A stretch of DNA of 64,000 bases, from contig CAWDVW010000007.1 in assembly GCA_963805855.1 (NCBI GenBank), forward strand, positions 352,001 through 416,000. The letters are read 5' to 3'. The stretch is from Candidatus Dadabacteria bacterium (GTDB lineage: Bacteria; Desulfobacterota_D; UBA1144; Nemesobacterales; CSP1-2). Each line of letters opens with the position of its first letter. Within the stretch, counting starts at the first letter, position 1. A model generated the notes under the pieces. The model searched no databases. It was not told where the DNA came from and saw only the letters and a program-made list of their open reading frames with translations. Shown piece after piece: positions 59,917 to 64,000 of this stretch. Both the position numbers and the translations under genes were made by a program.

Positions 59917-60576
59917 CTATCTAATAGTCAGTGTACCGGCAGTCACAACATTATTTGATTCGAGGATTCCCCTGACTTTAACTTTTGTACCAATATCTTC
60001 ACAAAAACAGGGTTCATTCCTGCAACCCGTTATATTGGTTGTGGGGGTAATATTTACTATTACGAAAACCTTCGGATTACTGTTTCGCGTTTGTACCTCA
60101 AGCGTTCCGGTATTAACATCACAATTATTCTCTATTACAGTACCGTTAAAGTTAGTGACAATCTGATTAATAAAAATCACATTCCCGTTTTCAATGTTTA
60201 TCGTACCGAGTTCAAGTGTCGCACCTCTGTAAACATTGAGGAAAGTTGTGGCAAAAGACGGAGGGTCTAGCTGTTCTCTAAAGTCCAGTCTGGTGGATGA
60301 CCCTGAAAAAAGGCCCTCAATTATAAAGAATCCCGAGCTAGGCAGAGTGTCGGATAAGTCGGGGTTGTTATTCACAACTACAAAAGTCCCTTCGACCGGG
60401 ATACTATCGGGCACTATGCTGGTTACGTTTCCCTGAACGGTCTCAAAGCTGTCCCCTCCATCCCCTCCACCTCCACCTCCACCAAACTCAATATCACATC
60501 CCAATAAGGCAATAAGTGTTATGAATATAATATTGAGCATAACAATTTTAGGTAAAATAGAATTTTGAAGACTCAT
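59917..60576 (-). CDS. Hypothetical lipoprotein with poly-Gly linker
   Basis: Lipobox LLG-C, GGGGGGG, beta-rich C-term (KVKVRG...VTA); GGAGG RBS. Confidence 0.65.
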   Translation of the reverse strand: MSLQNSILPKIVMLNIIFITLIALLGCDIEFGGGGGGGDGGDSFETVQGNVTSIVPDSIPVEGTFVVVNNNPDLSDTLPSSGFFIIEGLFSGSSTRLDFREQLDPPSFATTFLNVYRGATLELGTINIENGNVIFINQIVTNFNGTVIENNCDVNTGTLEVQTRNSNPKVFVIVNITPTTNITGCRNEPCFCEDIGTKVKVRGILESNNVVTAGTLTIR

Positions 60577-60713
60577 ACAAATCCTCCGATTTCTCGTCTA
60601 TTTCAGCAGATCCTTAATTATAACCTTGGTAAATGAATTTTCCATTATGTTCGAAACTAATCTCATGGTAAATTGATACGGGTAATATCCTGCTGGGTTA
60701 CTGATCCTATCAA

Positions 60714-61961
60714 ATGAACACATTGGCAAAGGTTCTCTTTATAAACCACTCGGTAAGAGATGGAGGCCCGGGAAGAAGCCTTTATTATATCCTAAAGTAT
60801 ATTGATAAAACAAAGGTAAGCCCATACGTACTGGTCCCGAAACATGACGTCTTTTCAGACCTCCTTAGGAATGTCGGCCTAGCCGACAACATAATAGTCG
60901 ATCGCAGGTTCCCGGAAAACATACTGAGGCCGCGATTCGAAGAAGATAAGCAGTTCAGGGAAAACGATGGCTCAAGATTATATCCGGGAGCATTGAAATT
61001 CATATCTGTTGCTTTAAACGTAATTGACCTACTATCTCTCATATTAACTTCTCCGTTTTCAAAGACTTTCAGAGACGAAGATCTAATATACTGCAACGGA
61101 ACATTGGCTAAGATAACAGGCTCACTTATTGGCCTATTAAACCGTCGGCAGGTTATCTGGCATGTAAGAAATGTACAACAAACAAAAACACTCCTGGCTA
61201 CTATCAACCTCCTGTCTTTACTGCCCGTGGTGAAAAGGATTATTTGTGTCTCAACCGCCGCAGCGAGCCAGTTTCGTTACAGCAAAGACAAGATAACGGT
61301 TATTCATAACGGTATTGACACCGAAGAGTACGACCCCCGAAGATCTGTCGGAACGTTACGGAGAGAATACGATATCAAGAAGGGTACAGTGATCGTGGGC
61401 AGTGTAGGAAGGATTGTTCCAAGGAAAGGTTATGAATTTCTGATCGAAGCTGCGAATGCAGTTCGCAATGAGCTTGGCGATAAAAACCCCAGGGTTAAAT
61501 TTGTTGTGGTTGGTGACACACCCCATTTCTTTCGAAATGATCATCTCTATTATATAAAAGGATTGGTCAGTCAATGCGGTCTGGAGGACTACTTCATATT
61601 TACAGGTTACAAAACTGACATACGGCCTTATCTAAAAGATTTCGACATTTTTGTTATACCATCGAATTATCCAGACCCTTTTCCACGTACGGTGATAGAA
61701 GCAATGTCTTTTGCAATTCCAGTCGTGGGTTTCAGGGTAGGGGGGGTAGTAGAATCTGTCGCGAATCAAGAAACTGGCCTCTTGAGCGATCCTGGAAATA
61801 CCGGGGACATGGGCAAAAATATTTCAGATCTCATTCTTGATAAAGCGCTCAGAAAAAAAATGGGCATCGCGGGCAGGAAAAGGGCAAGCGAGTTATTTTC
61901 CGCAGAAGAGAGGTCAAAGGAAATTGAAAAGAACATTCTTGATCTCTTAAAAACCACATGA
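60714..61961 (+). CDS. Glycosyltransferase family 4
   Basis: HNGID, VGRIVPRKG, DPFPRTVIEAM, GG..E.V...TG. Confidence 0.9.
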   Translation: MNTLAKVLFINHSVRDGGPGRSLYYILKYIDKTKVSPYVLVPKHDVFSDLLRNVGLADNIIVDRRFPENILRPRFEEDKQFRENDGSRLYPGALKFISVALNVIDLLSLILTSPFSKTFRDEDLIYCNGTLAKITGSLIGLLNRRQVIWHVRNVQQTKTLLATINLLSLLPVVKRIICVSTAAASQFRYSKDKITVIHNGIDTEEYDPRRSVGTLRREYDIKKGTVIVGSVGRIVPRKGYEFLIEAANAVRNELGDKNPRVKFVVVGDTPHFFRNDHLYYIKGLVSQCGLEDYFIFTGYKTDIRPYLKDFDIFVIPSNYPDPFPRTVIEAMSFAIPVVGFRVGGVVESVANQETGLLSDPGNTGDMGKNISDLILDKALRKKMGIAGRKRASELFSAEERSKEIEKNILDLLKTT

Positions 61962-61979
61962 TTGATACTTAACCTATTA

Positions 61980-63347
61980 TTATCGAGCAATTTGTTTATA
62001 TCTTTTTCTCCGCGCCCTGAATATGAATTTCACAGGTACACCCTCAAGTGGGAGCTCATCCCGAAATCGATTTTCCAGATATCTCACATAATTATCAGGC
62101 ACTCCCTTGATGGAGTTTGTAAATATCACATAAGTGGGAGGATTGCTCATGGGCTGGGATATATAATAGAACTTGATCTCCTTGCCGCCATAATGAGGAG
62201 GAGGATTGATAGACGTGGTCTTGTTGAGTAGATTATTTAGCACCTTGGTGGTGAGCCGTCGGTATAGGTTGTCGTAAACCAGATCAACCTTTTCAAAAAT
62301 TTTATTTACGTTTTTCCCGGTCAGTGCTGAAACTAGCATTACAGGCGCGAAGTTTGTCGCTCTCAGTTTGTCTCTCACAATGTCCTGTATCCCTGGTATT
62401 TCAGAAACGTCTCTTGGCACAAGATCCCATTTGTTTAGCAAAATTATACATCCCTTACCCTTATCCTTTATTAGTTCCGAGAGTCTGGCATCTTGATGAG
62501 TGGGGCCGTCCTGTGGCTCTATCATGTGTAAAACTACGTCGGTTCTCTCTATCGATTTTATCGCCCTCATCACACTGAATCTTTCCACCGAAGAAGTGAT
62601 CTTCGACCTTCTTCTGATGCCCGCTGTATCAATAAAGATGTACTTCTTCCCCCTCCTATCTAGTATAGTATCCACCGAGTCCCTCGTGGTTCCAGGTAGA
62701 GGACTTGTCAGCAATCGCTCCTCTCCGATGATTCGATTTATAAGAGTCGATTTGCCAACATTAGGTTTTCCTATTACAGCGACCCGTATTTCTTGTTTAT
62801 CGGCGATATCATCGCTCCTGTATTCAACGACAGCTGTCCTATCCAGAATTGCGTCCAAGAGCTCGTCTATTTTCCTGCCATGTGCCGCCGATATAGTCAT
62901 AGGGTCATCAATTCCCAGTGAATGAAAATCGACTGCCCTGATTTCGTGTTTCTCATCGTCTATTTTATTGATAACACTTATTACGTTCTTATCTGATTTC
63001 CTTAGCATATCTAAGATCTCTCTATCCTGGGGCATCACACCGGACTGACCATCGAGAAGGAAGATTATCAAGTCGGCTTCTTCAATGGCTATCCGAATTT
63101 GGCCCCTAGATAGGGAAAGGTGGAGATCGTCGGTTTCGGGTTCAAACCCTCCTGTATCAACGAGCTCAAACTCCAGCCCCCTCCATTCCGCCGTTGCATA
63201 ATTCCGATCTCTCGTAACACCAGGAATATCCTCGACTATTGCCTTTCTCCACCCGATTAGCCTATTAAAAAGAGAGGATTTACCTACGTTGGGTCTTCCA
63301 ACAATTGCGACAAGAGGCTTTGTTCTCGAAATGGAATTTTGGTTCAT
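61980..63347 (-). CDS. der: Ribosome biogenesis GTPase Der
   Basis: Two G domains GRPNVGKS / GKPNVGKS, DTGG/DTAG, NKID/NKWD. Confidence 0.97.
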   Translation of the reverse strand: MNQNSISRTKPLVAIVGRPNVGKSSLFNRLIGWRKAIVEDIPGVTRDRNYATAEWRGLEFELVDTGGFEPETDDLHLSLSRGQIRIAIEEADLIIFLLDGQSGVMPQDREILDMLRKSDKNVISVINKIDDEKHEIRAVDFHSLGIDDPMTISAAHGRKIDELLDAILDRTAVVEYRSDDIADKQEIRVAVIGKPNVGKSTLINRIIGEERLLTSPLPGTTRDSVDTILDRRGKKYIFIDTAGIRRRSKITSSVERFSVMRAIKSIERTDVVLHMIEPQDGPTHQDARLSELIKDKGKGCIILLNKWDLVPRDVSEIPGIQDIVRDKLRATNFAPVMLVSALTGKNVNKIFEKVDLVYDNLYRRLTTKVLNNLLNKTTSINPPPHYGGKEIKFYYISQPMSNPPTYVIFTNSIKGVPDNYVRYLENRFRDELPLEGVPVKFIFRARRKRYKQIAR

Positions 63348-63358
63348 GGCAAATAAAT

Positions 63359-64000
63359 TCAGAACCCGATCCTTATCTTCCCATTAGAGGCTATGAGGTC
63401 ATAACCTTTATCCGCTTCAAACTCTGACCAGTGATAGGGTACGCCGTCAAAATGTAGAATATCGCCACCGGCTTCCTTCACAAATAGCACTCCGGCGGCA
63501 ATATCCCAGAGAGAGATTCGCGTAGTAATGTAGCAATCCGAGCTTCCCATACCCACGTAAGCGAGCTCGATTGCCGCCGAGCCAAGCTTACGGGCATCTT
63601 TAACATCCAGGAAAACCCGTTTAATTATGCTTAATACACGCTCTTTATCCGTTTCGCCCCCTTCACAATACAAAACATAGGCTCGCTCAAGCATATCATT
63701 TTTGGACACATTAACCATTCTTGATATGCGTCTGAAAAGATCATGGTGATATGCGCCTTTGTTCCTCATAGCCACAAATCTTTCAGCTAACATTGGGGCC
63801 TCAATAACCCCTAGCAATGGCTCGCCATTAACCCACAGGGAAATTGATATTGCGAACAGAGGGTTGTGATTTGCAAAGTTGCCTGTCCCGTCTAAAGGGT
63901 CAATAATCCAGAGGTAGTCCTTTTGTCTCGCTGTAAATCCGCTTTCTTCGGTAAGATAAGAATGGTCCGGAAAATTGTTCTCAATTGCTTCCCTGATAAT
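63359..64000 (-). CDS. suhB: Inositol monophosphatase family protein (5' end outside window)
   Basis: TEESG, WIIDPLDGTGNF, RKLGSAA.EL.YV, WDIAAG..FV.EAGG. Confidence 0.9.
   Translation of the reverse strand: MIREAIENNFPDHSYLTEESGFTARQKDYLWIIDPLDGTGNFANHNPLFAISISLWVNGEPLLGVIEAPMLAERFVAMRNKGAYHHDLFRRISRMVNVSKNDMLERAYVLYCEGGETDKERVLSIIKRVFLDVKDARKLGSAAIELAYVGMGSSDCYITTRISLWDIAAGVLFVKEAGGDILHFDGVPYHWSEFEADKGYDLIASNGKIRIGF

Noticed and set aside
59917-60576. Paralogy with the 7698-8543 lipoprotein
   Set aside because: Similarity is limited to the lipobox, Gly linker and one V.G.V strand, too little to claim homology

Overview
Bacterial chromosomal window with a mostly housekeeping right half (maeB-like, metH, hemB, purKE, pyc, pepA, sppA, ilvE, phaR, der, suhB). 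The left half carries a roughly 22 kb heavy-metal and arsenic accessory region (about 3.8-25.7 kb): CDF-like transporter, arsR-arsM-arsC, an amber-interrupted merR, cusRS, a B12-radical SAM gene behind a CusR-type box, a copB remnant, cytochrome c, a NosL-like lipoprotein and a heavily frameshifted cusCBA. The most notable candidates are: (1) an 840-aa fusion of a PqqD/RRE-like domain, a radical SAM/SPASM domain and an ArsM-type methyltransferase, next to a TIGR04282/DUF2064 glycosyltransferase, a possible undescribed organoarsenical pathway; (2) a tetraether-synthase (Tes/GDGT-MAS)-like radical SAM enzyme; (3) a set of nested small mobile elements: GTAG- and GTCATTGCGAG-type REPs, a RAYT remnant that encodes its own REP in frame, a TGT..ACA MITE that inserts at the GCAAT of REPs, a 24-nt element inserted at REP hairpin tips, and IS200/IS605-like hairpin ends; (4) a type III PKS plus O-methyltransferase pair. 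No rRNA, tRNA or CRISPR array was recognised. All family calls come from motif recognition, not database searches.
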